In this document: positions 1 through 12,440 of the stretch, in pieces | Position numbering within the stretch: position 1 is the first letter of the stretch | Layout of the letters: the number at the start of each line of letters is the position of its first letter | Origin: Octopus bimaculoides | Taxonomy: Eukaryota | Direction: 5' to 3' | NCBI RefSeq assembly: GCF_001194135.2 | Contig: NC_068984.1 | Coordinates: 26,530,461 to 26,583,984 of the forward strand | Length of the DNA stretch: 53,524 bases | Notes under the pieces: generated by a model | What the model was told of the DNA's origin: nothing | Seen by the model: the letters and a program-made list of their open reading frames with translations, nothing else | Database searches by the model: none | Program-made: the position numbers and the translations under genes

Positions 1-339
1 TATATGTAATATATGCATAATATTCATGTAACATATATATATATACAGGCGTGAATTGTATTAAAAATAGGAAAGAGAAAAAATGTTTGAGAGGAGAGGG
101 TGAATGATGAAATTAATTCTGTTTTAGGGTGTTTCTGAATTAGAGAATCCTTGACACTTTCTTAGAACTTTTAGAAGAAATAGGTTGCAATATTCACAAA
201 ACACAAAATGAATACACACTCACATACCGACTTACTTACATACACACTCACATAAAGCAGACTTCAGTTCACTCGATTTATTTCTATCAATGAATACATC
301 ATAAAAATTCTTTCTGCCCTCCAGCTAATAAGAAAGTCC

Positions 340-480
340 CTACATAGTCGCTCGATCTGCTAATCATAGCAGCTAAATTATCCTCAAATCACACCCGATC
401 GTTTAACAAAAAATGGACACGTTAAATGTTATTGGATCCTGGATCTCCTACACAGCGAATCGGCGGGATGGCTACATCTG
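340..480 (+). repeat. Dispersed repeat family D (TAGTCGCTCGATCTGCTA...CTAAAT..CCTCAAATCACAC); relatives near 10845, 15770(-), 29940, 47290, 49960(-)
   Basis: Recurrent, diverged ~100-140 bp motif at several positions in the window. Confidence 0.55.
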
Positions 481-703
481 GAATGTTTTTTAGATTGCCT
501 AAACCACATTGACTTGGGGATAAATAGCATCGCTATTCCAAACGTACTCATGTGAATGCGTTCGGTGTTAAATCACGTAATTAAGGTCGTGTATTCAATT
601 AATGCCGGCTGAAGGAAAAAAATCGTCACTATACTGACTCCCACTCCAAACCTACACGCTTATGAAATCACGCACCCGACTGCGCGCGCGCGCACACACA
701 CAC

Positions 704-748
<45 letters not shown>

Positions 749-852
749 ACATACCAAATCTTTCGAAATTGTAGTATACTATTAGAGAAGGTTAATGAGT
801 ATGAATATAAAGGTTTAGTGTCTAAGATATTTTAATTACCATTTAAATAGCC

Positions 853-1047
853 TTTTAGTTCTCTCAGTCATTTGACTGCGGCCATGCTGGAGCACCGCCT
901 TTAGTCGAACAAATCATCCCTAGGACTTGTACTTATTCTGTCGGTCTTTTTGCTGAACCGATAAGTTACGGGGACGTAAACACACCAACATAGGTTGTCA
1001 AGTGATGGTGCTGAAGGGGACAAACAGAGATACACACAAATACATAC

Positions 1048-1090
<43 letters not shown>

Positions 1091-1255
1091 GACGGTCTTC
1101 TTTCAGTTCCTCTCTACGAAATCCACTCACAAGGCTTTGGTCGACCCGAGAAGCTATACTAGAAGACACTTGCCCAAGGTGCCATGCTGTGGGACTGAAC
1201 TCGGAAGCATGTGGTTGGGAAATAAGCTTTTTATCACACAGCCATGCCTGCGCCT
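853..1255 (-). mobile_element. tRNA-headed SINE, family A (head + CORE-like segment + internal TA/CA microsatellite + tail)
   Basis: High similarity to copies at 10296-10739, 24895-25276 and 46776-47128; head AGGCGCAGGCATGGCTGTG, conserved CCTTGGGCAAGTGTCTTCT, tail ending CAGTCAAATGACTGA. Confidence 0.9.
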
Positions 1256-1561
1256 ATAATATATAAAACCTTTGAAGCTGTATCAAAAAAATACACGAAA
1301 ATACTTTTCACAATTCATTCTTTATATTGATTTCGAACTTAAGCACGTCGCCGTGCATTTTGGAGGGAGTGCAGTCAAATGTTGACTGATATTTATTTTG
1401 TCAGCCTGAGAATGATGAATTACCAAGCTAACTGTGGGATCTGAACTCAGCAATATAAAGAAGTGTAACTCTAAATATATGGCTTTTTTTCCCCCTATTA
1501 TCCACTGAATCTGCAAATCCATTGCAATTTAATTTGATCTTTGTATAGATTTCTTAAGTCG

Positions 1562-1765
1562 GATACCTGGCAGAACCGTCAGCATGCCGGAAAATGCTTA
1601 GCCGCATTTCTTCAAGATGTATATTCAGAGTTCAAATCCCGCCGTGGTAAGACTTTTATGATTCCGGGGTTGATAAAAGATGTATCAGTTCACCTCAGGG
1701 GTCCATGTAATCGACTAGCTTTTCCCCACGAAACTGCTGGCCTTATGCCAAAATTGAAACCAATA
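1562..1765 (+). mobile_element. Diverged SINE family B copy
   Basis: CTGGCAGAACCGTCAGCATGCCGG head, GAGTTCAAATCC B-box, GGGGTTGATAAA body; matches 12441-12600. Confidence 0.75.
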
Positions 1766-3121
1766 TTACATGAACCGCATTTGTTATGGAGGAAAGGAAT
1801 AGTCGATTGAATCAATCCCAGAATGGGGGTTTTGTTTTCTATTTTATCGACCTCGGGATGATGAAAGACAAACTGATCATATAGTGTGATTTGAAATCTG
1901 TCGCTATCAGTTCTCTCACATCAAGTACGAGTTCCTCATCGCAATTGTTTAATTGACAAGAAATAACATCCAAGTCTCCTACATATCACAGACTATCATA
2001 AGATAATGTAGACCTAGGTACCTGAAAAGAAACGAGGAGAGAAGTAGTTGCTTTTTGTACGACCTTGATTCAAGAACACCAGAATCAAAGCTTACTCGAG
2101 GATGAACAAAGCAATAACAACTAATTTCTAGTACCGTTGCTTTTAAAGGAAATAAGATGTGATGCATATTTTTTTGTCACAAAACCCTAAGAAAACCATA
2201 GATCTGGTCAAGCTGGATGTGGCCAATGTGAGGTCAACACGCGTTGACTTAATTGATTCTTATTAATGAAGTGGATAACATTTTGCATAATCTTCAATAA
2301 GAACTGTTCCACTTGGTGAAGTGACTTGTTATATTGCTATTGAAACCAACACATTATGCGTATAGAAGTATGTGTACATGAATGTAGATATTAGACATAT
2401 ATATCATCTAAGGGAGATATTTCATTTCCGAGTGATCGACAGTATGACTAGAGACCTCAAAATACCTTATAAAGAACAGATGGGATTTGTAAATCTCGTT
2501 GAAACTTACTACAATTTTAATTCACAAAGATGAGATATTTAAAACTCTGAGAGTGCACATCAACACATTTAGTTGGTGCTATAACTTTAAGCCTATGTAA
2601 ATTCAATAAACGGAAGAATGAACCTGAAATGTACTACATAAAGAAACATTAGATATTTCGGTAAGTATTCAGCTTATCAGCCGCTGTTGAAGTAAAGATA
2701 GCAATCTGTTTAGATGTACAACATAATATTTGTTAACACCATGAATGGTTGTGATGTAAATTGGTCAGGAATGAACAAAGGAACGAAGTAATATTCAAAT
2801 AAGAATAAATGAGAATACTTGAAGAAAAGGGTGGAATGGAGGTCAAATCTCACACATGAAGAAAATACAGGTTTTTAAGTCCAGTTCCTTACAGGATATT
2901 TAGAGTATGTATATTTGTTATCCGCTGTTGAACTAAAGATAGTTTAGGTAATCAATATATAACACATGCACACATCTTAATTAGTTGAAACAGAAATTGA
3001 CCAGAAACGGACAAAGCATTAAAGCAGCCATTTTATATATGAACGAGAAATAACTTCTAGTCCAAAACAACTCCAGAATTTATTGTACTGGATGTGAAGA
3101 TATGTTATCTCTCTCTCTCTC

Positions 3122-3166
<45 letters not shown>

Positions 3167-3904
3167 ATCTATCTATCTCTATGCATAGAAATACACGTCT
3201 GTGTTACAAATATTTTAAACAAGTATGTGACCGTATATATATATAAGAAAGTATGTTTATATGTATGTATTCATATCTTTATATTGTAGTTCAAATCCTG
3301 CCTTGGGCAACGTTGTTTTTCTAAACCCTCCGAGTTCAATAAAAGTAAAGAACCAGTCTAGTTATGTGTACTGCAGAAGCGTTGGGAGACATCTACTGTA
3401 ATCTTTTTCGCTATGAAATTTCTGAGTTCAAATCTCACAACCTTTCACTTGCAAAAGAGCAAGTTCCCAACCCTGGCAAAAAGGTTGCTTTGATTGAAAG
3501 AGAAGTTCATGACAAAGTATTCAAGAAGTTCTGCGAATCGCTTTCAATGTCTCACCAGCTGACCGGAGAAAATGCAAAGCGATATTCAAACAGCGTACAT
3601 TCAACAAACAATGGAAGTATATACGCCGGCGCGCGCGCGTGTGAATCTGTAATTGTGTGCACACACAGTTATATTTGTAATCGATGTGTACTCACTACAA
3701 GACTGAATGCACTTATCGATCTATAATATTTTTTATTATGTAATAAATGAATTCAGGAAAAAATAAAAGCCACAGAAAATAGTTACAGTAGAAATAAACT
3801 TGCCCGCAACAATAAGCCTATATGTATATATTTGTGTGTGTATAGACATATGCATACGTGTGTACACATACATAAACATACAGACACAAATATATGAATA
3901 TGTA

Positions 3905-4134
3905 TGGCACGTAAAAAAGCACCAACCGATCGTAGACGTTGCCAGCTTCCTCGGGCCCCTGTGCCGGTGGCACGTAAAAGTCACTCACTACACTCACGGA
4001 ATGGTTGGCGTTAGGAGGGGCATCCAGCTGTAGAAACACTGCCAGATCATACTGGATCCTGGTGCAGCCTTCTGGCTTCCCAGACCCCGGTCGAACCGTC
4101 CAACCCATGCTAGCATGGAAAACAGACGTTAAAC

Positions 4135-4167
<33 letters not shown>
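3905..4167 (+). mobile_element. 3' part of another octopus-type SINE/LINE-tail repeat ending in (GAT)n
   Basis: GGTTGGCGTTAGGAGGGGCATCCAGCTGTAGAAA central motif and tail CCGTCCAACCCATGCTAGCATGGAAAACAGACGTTAAACGATGATGAT; same tail inverted at 17356-17398. Confidence 0.7.
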
Positions 4168-4184
4168 ACACACACGTAAATGCA

Positions 4185-4252
4185 TTGCTTTCCAAACACC
4201 TGGTTCCGGGTGCAGTCCTGCTGCGAGGCAACTTTATAGCCCTGGGCTGACC

Positions 4253-4302
<50 letters not shown>

Positions 4303-4410
4303 GCCACCGATTGACAACCATAGCTAGTTGGTTCTCTCCGTAACTTAGCAGTTTGGCAAAAGTGAACGACACAATAAGTAGCATATTTACAAATATCAAG
4401 TACTGGAATA
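4185..4410 (+). mobile_element. Diverged SINE family A copy
   Basis: TGGTTCCGGGTGCAGTCC, internal (GT)n, CCGTAACTTAGCAGTTTGGCAAAA tail. Confidence 0.65.
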
Positions 4411-5180
4411 AAAGATAACAATGCATAAATTATGTCATTATGAGTTAGTTATTGTTACATAACGACTTAAAATATACATGTTATATGTATATTTTCTCAG
4501 CTATATGGTAATCAAATGTGTGACAACTTGATCTATTTGCATTCAAACAATGTGTTTTTGAATCTCTCTCTAGACATACATCATTATCTTTTACTTGTAT
4601 CCGTCATTGAATTGCGGTCACGCTGGAGCGTCACCTTACGAGTTTGAGACGAACAAATCGATTCCAATACATAGTTTTTAAGTTTGATACATATTCTAAA
4701 GACCTCTTTTGCAGAATCGCAGTTGGTGACACACATTCACATACATGTATATAGGCATACACATACCATATATGTGTGTGAGTGCAATATATATTTTATA
4801 CATATCACATACACGTATTCTATAGAAACAAACACATACCCTTATACATAAACATAGATGCATGTAAGAATATAATTCTATGCACACACAAGCATATATA
4901 CACCCGTGTAAATATATATTATATATATATATATAATATATAATACACATATATACACACCTATAACACACACACATATATATATATACGTGTGTGTGTG
5001 TATTACATATGAATATAAACGTATATTTACACAGAAGAGTACATATACAGACATACGTATTAAATAGACATAAACATGTGTATATTCCTATATATAAATA
5101 CATGCATATGTGTGTGTGTGTGTGTGTATGTGTGTGTGTGTGTGAGTATATGCACATCATAATTACATAGGAGCAAATAC

Positions 5181-5850
5181 AGGCGCAGGAGTGGCTGTGT
5201 GGTAAGAAGTTTGCTTCCCCTCTATGTCCCCTCTATGTTTGTCCCCTCTATGTTTAGCCCCTTGTGGGCAATAAAGAAATAAGAAGTTTGCTTCCCAACC
5301 ACATAGTTCCGGGTTCAGTCCCACTGTGTGGCCCCTTGGGCAAGTGTCTTCTACTATAGCGTCGGGCCGACCAAATACTTGAGTGGATTTGATTGACGGA
5401 AACTGAAAGAAGCCTATCGTGTAAGTATATATACACACATACAAGATGGGCTTCAGTCATATATGCATGTATGTATTTGTGTGTCTGTGTTTGTACACCA
5501 TCGCTTGACAACCAATGCTGGTGTGTTTACGTCCCTGTAACCTAGCGGCTCGGCAAAAACAGACCTATCAAATAAGTACTAGGCTTACGAAGGATAAGTC
5601 ATTGGATCGATTTCTTCGAATGAAGGCATTGCTCCAGCATGGCCGCAGTGAAATGACTATATGTGTGTGTGTGTCCACCATCGCTTGACAACCGGTGTTG
5701 GTATGTTTACGTCCTCGTAACTCAGCGGTTCGGCATAAGAGACCGATAGAATAAGTACTAGGCTAACAAAGAATAAGTCCTCGGGTAGATTTGTTCGACG
5801 CAAGGTGGTGCTCCAGCATGGCCGGTCAAATGACAGAAACAAATAAAGGA
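5181..5850 (+). mobile_element. SINE family A with a 60-bp insertion in its head and a second tail copy
   Basis: AGGCGCAGGAGTGGCTGTGTGGTAAG head; insertion 5220-5279; tail present twice (about 5497-5658 and 5676-5850). Confidence 0.85.
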
Positions 5851-6309
5851 ATATATATATATATATATGAAATGCCATCGTAGGTGTCTCTTCCATTCTC
5901 GAGATTATCACCCTTTTGTTTCTTTTGCCGAACAGTGGTATGTTATGGCTACGTAAACATACCAACACCGGTTGCCAAGCAATGTGTGGGTTGTAATCGT
6001 CACAAGGCACTTGTTTGTTCATCTTTCGTTAAGAGAATTGCCTGGTATTTAATATACCTATATTCATCATGGGTGTATATGTTCATGCATGTATATATAT
6101 GGATATTTTTTATATATACAGGTTTCAATATTATGTAGATAGATAGATACACGCAGGCGTAACTGTGCGGAAGCCTGTTGTATATATATACATACATACT
6201 TATCTATACATACGTATGGACATATCATATATTTATATATCATTTATATTATATACATACATACAAATATATATACATATATATATGCATACATACATAT
6301 ATATACATG

Positions 6310-6363
<54 letters not shown>

Positions 6364-6701
6364 NNNNNNNNNNNNNNNNNNNNNNNNNNNNNNNNNNNNN
6401 NNNNNNNNNNNNNNNNNNNNNNNNNNNNNNNNNNNNNNNNNNNNNNNNNNNNNNNNNNNNNNNNNNNNNNNNNNNNNNNNNNNNNNNNNNNNNNNNNNNN
6501 NNNNNNNNNNNNNNNNNNNNNNNNNNNNNNNNNNNNNNNNNNNNNNNNNNNNNNNNNNNNNNNNNNNNNNNNNNNNNNNNNNNNNNNNNNNNNNNNNNNN
6601 NNNNNNNNNNNNNNNNNNNNNNNNNNNNNNNNNNNNNNNNNNNNNNNNNNNNNNNNNNNNNNNNNNNNNNNNNNNNNNNNNNNNNNNNNNNNNNNNNNNN
6701 N
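6364..6701. other. Assembly gap inside the inferred intron (one of about 13 N-runs, mostly flanked by microsatellites)
   Basis: N run. Confidence 0.99.
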
Positions 6702-7636
6702 TATATATATATATATGTTTGTGTTGTGTGTTCAGTCAGCATTAATAATTTGAATACTTTATTTTTTAAGTGGATTTGTCACGTTACCCTGAACTTGCGT
6801 CAAGTTTACGTATACGTGAGTGTGTATGTGTGTCTGTTCACATTTACGTGGCATTATCGTATTTTAATATATTACATTATAATATATTTCCCGGTAATTT
6901 TTATACGATTTACTTGAGCCACTCAACTACAAATATGTTTTCCAAAATAAATAAATAAACCAGAATAAGTTTGTAACTAATTAATCAAAATAATGTCAGT
7001 TATTCAATGCTTTTTTCTCCTTTCTCGCTGTATATTTATTTCTAATTAACGTATTCCTTGCTTCAAATATTTAAACAAACAGGGTCTGAAAATTTTATCG
7101 TTATTCTATTTATTTATTCCTTTATTGTATTTATTAAAAAGTGGGCGATTTTGTAAAGTGAAGGCACGCAACTACAATCTTTAAAACGATACATGAACTA
7201 ATTACTTACTGGATAGAAAGAAAGTCGGTTATCCGTAACTTTCCCCAGCAATCCTTGTATCTATTTCTGAGAGTTTTGTGGCCTAGGACGCGGAAAATGT
7301 CTTAGTTAACTGATAGTTAATTGTTGCAACCAATTTTAAGACGCAACGGTATGCTAGTCAATAAATAAATAAATACATACTCTATGGACGCAGGTTACAA
7401 AGCTGCCTTGTAAGCACGTGGCTTGGAGTTCTGTCCCACTGCGTGGCACCCGAGCCGACCAATGTCTTCTGAGTGGAATCAATAAATAGAAAGTGCATGG
7501 AAGCCAGTTGTGTGTGCGTGTTTGTGTGTGTGTGGCTGCCATTAGGGTCTGAAGAGACGCTGTGAAGCTAAGCATTTATGAATGTGAAGCCCTGGGTAAC
7601 CCCATAGACCGGCCATAACTATCTTTAACTAATTAT

Positions 7637-7670
<34 letters not shown>

Positions 7671-7770
7671 GCGTGTGTCTGTATCTACACCATAACTCTT
7701 GACAGTCAGCGTTGGTTTGTTTACGTCTCCGTATCGTAGTACCTCAGCAAAAGCCAAAGATGAGATGGAT

Positions 7771-8044
7771 GTTCCAGTTGATCGGATCAACAGAACAGCT
7801 TGCTTATGAAAATGCCGTGCAAGTGGCTGAGAACTCCACAGATACACGTACCCTTAGTGTACTTTTCAGGAAGAGAATTGACGTAACACAATGGTACAAG
7901 GCTGGACTTTGGGATTACAGGTACAACTTACTTTTGTCTGCTGAGTGGACTGAAGTAACGTGAAATAAAGTGCTTTGCTCAAGGAAACAATGCACTGCCG
8001 GGATCGAACTCACGTCCTTACGATCGGGAACCGGATACCACTAA
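7771..8044 (-). mobile_element. tRNA-headed SINE family C (CORE-like CCTTGAGCAAAGCACTTTATTTCACGTT)
   Basis: Minus strand: TAGTGG A-box remnant, GAGTTCGATCCC B-box, tail ...GATCAACTGGAAC; relatives at 24267-24480 and 34570-34718. Confidence 0.75.
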
Positions 8045-10295
8045 AAGCTGTATACTTGTATGGCTATATGTATATATAAAGATACACTTCAACAGCATAG
8101 TATTGACATTCATTGTTACTTGTATGCATATATACACCAAAGAACAAATTATCGATATTTTATAATGTAATCGATATTTAAAAACAAACTCACCAGTGAA
8201 GAGAATCTCTCGAAATAAATGGAATATCAAATTGTGTCAAAACTTTTTCTGTTGTGTCACTCACAAGCTTAGAAGGACATGAAAATTATAACCTCTACTC
8301 TTCTTTACCCTAAAACTATTGCAGAGTTTGTGCCTATTCAATTGAAATCGATGTTAATATTCTGATTAAATTGAATATATGGGAGTTGGGTGTCCTACCT
8401 AAATACCTACAGACATACAGATATATGTATATGATCAAATTCTATTCGAGTTAGTATGCATTTCGTCCTGTCGGGTTGATGCAGTAGAGTGCTAATCAGG
8501 TCGATATAATCGATTAAACCGTCTCTATTCTAGCTAATAACTGAAACCATTATAATTTTCCAAAAAGCGGAGGGGGCAACAGTGTTGTAAAATCGGTAGC
8601 CAATTCGAATAAATACCCTATATAGTATTTTGTTACATTCCTTTATGCTTTAGGATCAAATTTATCTACGGTTGACTGTCATTCTTGTTAGGAATGAGTT
8701 CGTTAAACTGCTGAAGCCGATTACATTAGGAAATGTAGCATCATTAGATATGGTTTACTTTTTTCTACATGACTATGCGATATTTCTATTACTTTAAAAT
8801 TTCTCCTGCTATGGAGAATATTCGATGTACTGAATAACTTTTCTCTTAAAAGTTTATAAATTTGATGTAGTTTAAAAATGCTGCTTGGATCCTCTTTTTT
8901 TCTTGTTTGTTTTACATTTTGTTTAAACCAGTCTGTGTGTTTTATTCACAATAGAGATAATTGAAAAATGTTAAATTCCTCTATCACGGGAAGGAATAAT
9001 TTCAATTGGAAATCAATATAAACTGTGAGCGATAAGAATTTAAAAAATTATTATTTGCATGGAAATGATAATACTTTCTTTCATAAAAATGAATTAGTTT
9101 ATATAAATTATATCAGCGGAAATATATCTCAAATTATAAAAGATCGAAAGTAAATGAATTGTAAGGACTCCACAAATACTTTGAAGAAATAAAGAAGCGA
9201 ATATCTTATAATATTAGTTCATTTCCGGTTCTTTGCAAGTTCTAATCTGGCAGGGGTCAACTTTGCCTTTCATCCCCTCCAGGGTCATTGGTACAGACTA
9301 AAACCCCTCCCCTCGAAATTGCTGGCCTTGTGCCTAAATTAGAAACATCATTATTAGTTCAAGGTAGCAGTATATTTCAACTCCTGGTTTCCGCTTTAAT
9401 ATATTTATTAACATTTTAATATTAACTTAAAGAATATTTTAAAGAATTTTCCAAGGGAAGAACAACTGATAAGCATAATAACTTTGACATGTTTTGTTTC
9501 TTGGGAGGGTCATTATGCCCATAATAAACAAACGTTGAATTTTACTTCATTATTTGTCAGTTGGCTAACCATTTGACAAAAATAAAGTGAAGTGGAACCA
9601 GTGTGTGTGTGTTTATTATTGGTATAATGACACTCTTGAGATGCAGGTTTCAACACAGAATTCACATCAAAAATTTTGCAACAACAAATAAAAACAAAAT
9701 TATATTACAGTCAAATACAAAGAAATTTATACAAGAAAACATTCTTACGTCGAAATGCCTATTTTTACACCATTAAAAGCATTACTCGTTTCCATTTCTA
9801 AACATTCTCCCTAAAAATTTGCCTTAGTTACAATATAGGATATCGAATCCAGCTCAGTATGTATGATACCGGTGATTATTTTATTCGATTTCGAAAATGA
9901 GTAATGAAAAAGTATCATTTGTTTCTTGAACAGTATGGCCGAATGGTTAAGAATTGTACGTTTCACAACCACGAGGACATGAGTTCAATCCAAGAGTGTG
10001 GCATCTTCAGCAAAGGCTATTTTCAACTGCAACGGGTCGACCCATACCTTATGAGCGGATTTGGGTCGATGGAAACTGCATCAAAACCTGTCGGGTAGAG
10101 TGTACTTGTAATTCAAAGTCGAGTATTTGCTTCGATGTTGCCTGAGCTTTCAGAGACGAATAGAAAGGAAAAATACATTACACAGGTTTCCTGATAATAC
10201 TTCTAAAACTAAGCAACTGATTGGCCCTTTAATTAAGGCATCGGTAATCGTGACGGCTTGGTGCCACTTCCTTTGCAACAAATCTGTTTACATCC

Positions 10296-10739
10296 TTTTA
10301 TTCTTTTATCCGTTTCAGTCATTTGGCTGCGGTCATGCTGGAGCATCGCCGTAAAGGGTGTTAGTTGAAGAAATCTACTCCAGGACTTATTCTTTGTAAG
10401 CCTAGTACTTATTCTATCGGTCACTTTTGCCGAACTGCTGGATTGCGGGGACATAAACGCACCAGCATCGGCTGTCAAGTGATGACGGGGANNNNNNNNN
10501 NTGCTGGATTGCGGGGACATAAACGCACCAGCATCGGCTGTCAAGTGATGACGGGGAGGGGGGACAGACATGCACACACACACACACACAGAGTTTCCAT
10601 TACCAAATCTACTCACAAGGCTTTGGTCGGCACGAGGCTATAATGGAAGACACTTGCCCAAGGTGCTATGCAGTGGGACTGAACCCGGAACCATGTGGTT
10701 GGGAAGCAAGCTTCTTACCACACAGCCACGCCTGCGCCT
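10296..10739 (-). mobile_element. SINE family A, near full length
   Basis: Near-consensus head, body and tail; contains a 10-N gap with a duplicated overlap. Confidence 0.9.
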
Positions 10740-10937
10740 ATGTAAATTTTTTTTTCTATGATTATTAATAGATGTCAATCTGTGTTTTATAAAGTTACAT
10801 ACAACCATGCAAAAGCACATTGTGTAACGAGCACATTGTATAACGATCCCTATGGTCCTTTGACCTGCTAGAAATAACCATCAAACCTTCTTCAAACCAT
10901 GTATTAGCATTTCGGATAAATCACTATCAAAGAGATG

Positions 10938-11034
10938 TACATTATTTTCATTTGACGGATATTTGTCCTCATCTTATTTGTTGNNNNNNNNNNAAATTTC
11001 GATCCTGGGTTCTAATTCCTAAAGTATTTTTCGG

Positions 11035-11079
<45 letters not shown>

Positions 11080-11368
11080 GCAGGTCACTGCCTGGAATCG
11101 AACTCGGAATCTTGGGGTTAGTAGCCCGCACTCTTAACCACTATTTTCGTGGGCATATGGCGTATTGGTTAATTCGAAATTTCTCCAAGACACCTGATGA
11201 AGGCTGGAAGGTATATCAGCCGAAACGTTGTGTTAACAACAAACAAGACGAGGACAAATATCCATCAAATGTAAGTAATGTACATAATTCCTCATCTCTT
11301 AAATATATATATATTTCTTTATTGCCCACAGGGGGCTAAACATAGAAGGGACAAACATAGAACTGTAC
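10938..11368. mobile_element. Palindromic tRNA-head/(AAT)n/Penelope-like-tail element, copy 1
   Basis: Left arm (minus): tail 10938-11037, (ATT)n, tRNA-like head 11080-11143. Right arm (plus): partial head 11151-11172, deletion, tail 11173-11282. TACATTATTTTCATTTGACGGATATTTGTCCTC is mirrored by GAGGACAAATATCCATCAAATGTAAGTAATGTA. Confidence 0.8.
11189..11234 (+). ncRNA. Minimal type-I hammerhead ribozyme-like motif
   Basis: GACAC-CTGATGA-A-GGCTG(gaaggtatat)CAGCC-GAAA-CGT-T-GTGTT: helix I GACAC/GTGTT, core CUGAUGA and GAAA, helix II GGCTG/CAGCC, palindromic ACGT in place of helix III. One extra A after the core. Activity untested. Confidence 0.6.
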
Positions 11369-12440
11369 TACAGAGATGGTTTAAAGGCTTCTAATCACAA
11401 AGCTGCTCCTTCATGGTCGTTTAAGGATCTAATTACTGATGATGAATACCGTAAATACTATAGCTTCACAAGTTTCTGTCTTTATAAATGTCCACATGAA
11501 ACACACAAATTGCCTGTAGTATTACTGTATAAGATGCATCATTAAGCCCTTTTCCATTAGGTGGCTTCTTTCAGTCAACACCAGACCGATCTCTAAAAGC
11601 CTACTTGGACGATACTTTGACACGACATTCTAGACCATTGAGTCAGATGTAGTTTCATAGCTAATTTATAATATTCTTTTAAGTATGTATCGGGTTCTTT
11701 TTTTCCCATTTATAAAATTAATCCAACTTGGATCATTATATCATATATTTTATATATTCTTTTATTCTTATTTCGAGCAATTTGGCTGAGGCTCTGCTAG
11801 GACACGAGTATATAGATTTAAATATAACATTTAAGCAGATATAAAATATTTAGGCATTTTTCTTTTACATTTTAGTATGAACTGGATCAATTTTGAAAAT
11901 TAGAATCAAATTGATGTCCTTACTGTGAACATTGGAATGCCACCTGCCAAATAGAATGTGTCAACCAGAGTTATGTGCCTTGCTTAAAAGTACAATCAAT
12001 GGCATCAATAATATAACATCTTACAAAATACTAACAATTATATCGATGAAAATAGAGTCATATCAAAATTGACTTGAATATGTTGGATGGCAATTGTTGA
12101 ATTTTATAATAAACTAGAAATACTTTTTACATGTACCCTGAATTATTCAGGATTGATAATTTGTATATTCACATATCCTTTCATTTTTATATTTGAAGAA
12201 GTACGGTATGGATGATAGGTTCGATAAGATAACGAACCATATGAGCCATGTCTCGTATCTTGTTACCAACGTCGCTCTGTTACTGTGACAAAAGTACTTG
12301 CTTATCAGCGGATTCACTGATATGGAAGAGAATGGTGTGTAACATATCTGTAAATACTATGAGCATATAAAATTGATGAATGTTTGGATGCTTTCGTTAG
12401 TTCCAAACTCAATTTATCCTGTGAACATGGTCAGAAGAAA

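Noticed and set aside
2014-2045. Strong minus-strand acceptor (CTCCTCGTTTCTTTTCAG at 2022-2040) as possible exon 2 of the TF gene
   Set aside because: Splicing from the phase-1 donor gives G|GT ACC TAG, a stop after two codons
3364-3726. 120-aa plus-strand ORF in fairly unique sequence
   Set aside because: No recognisable motif or splice structure; ends in a (GC)/(GT) repeat; the minus-strand acceptors I tested in phase 1 hit stops within about 12 codons
10436-10557. 56-bp exact direct repeat
   Set aside because: Identical copies on both sides of a 10-N gap: unmerged contig overlap
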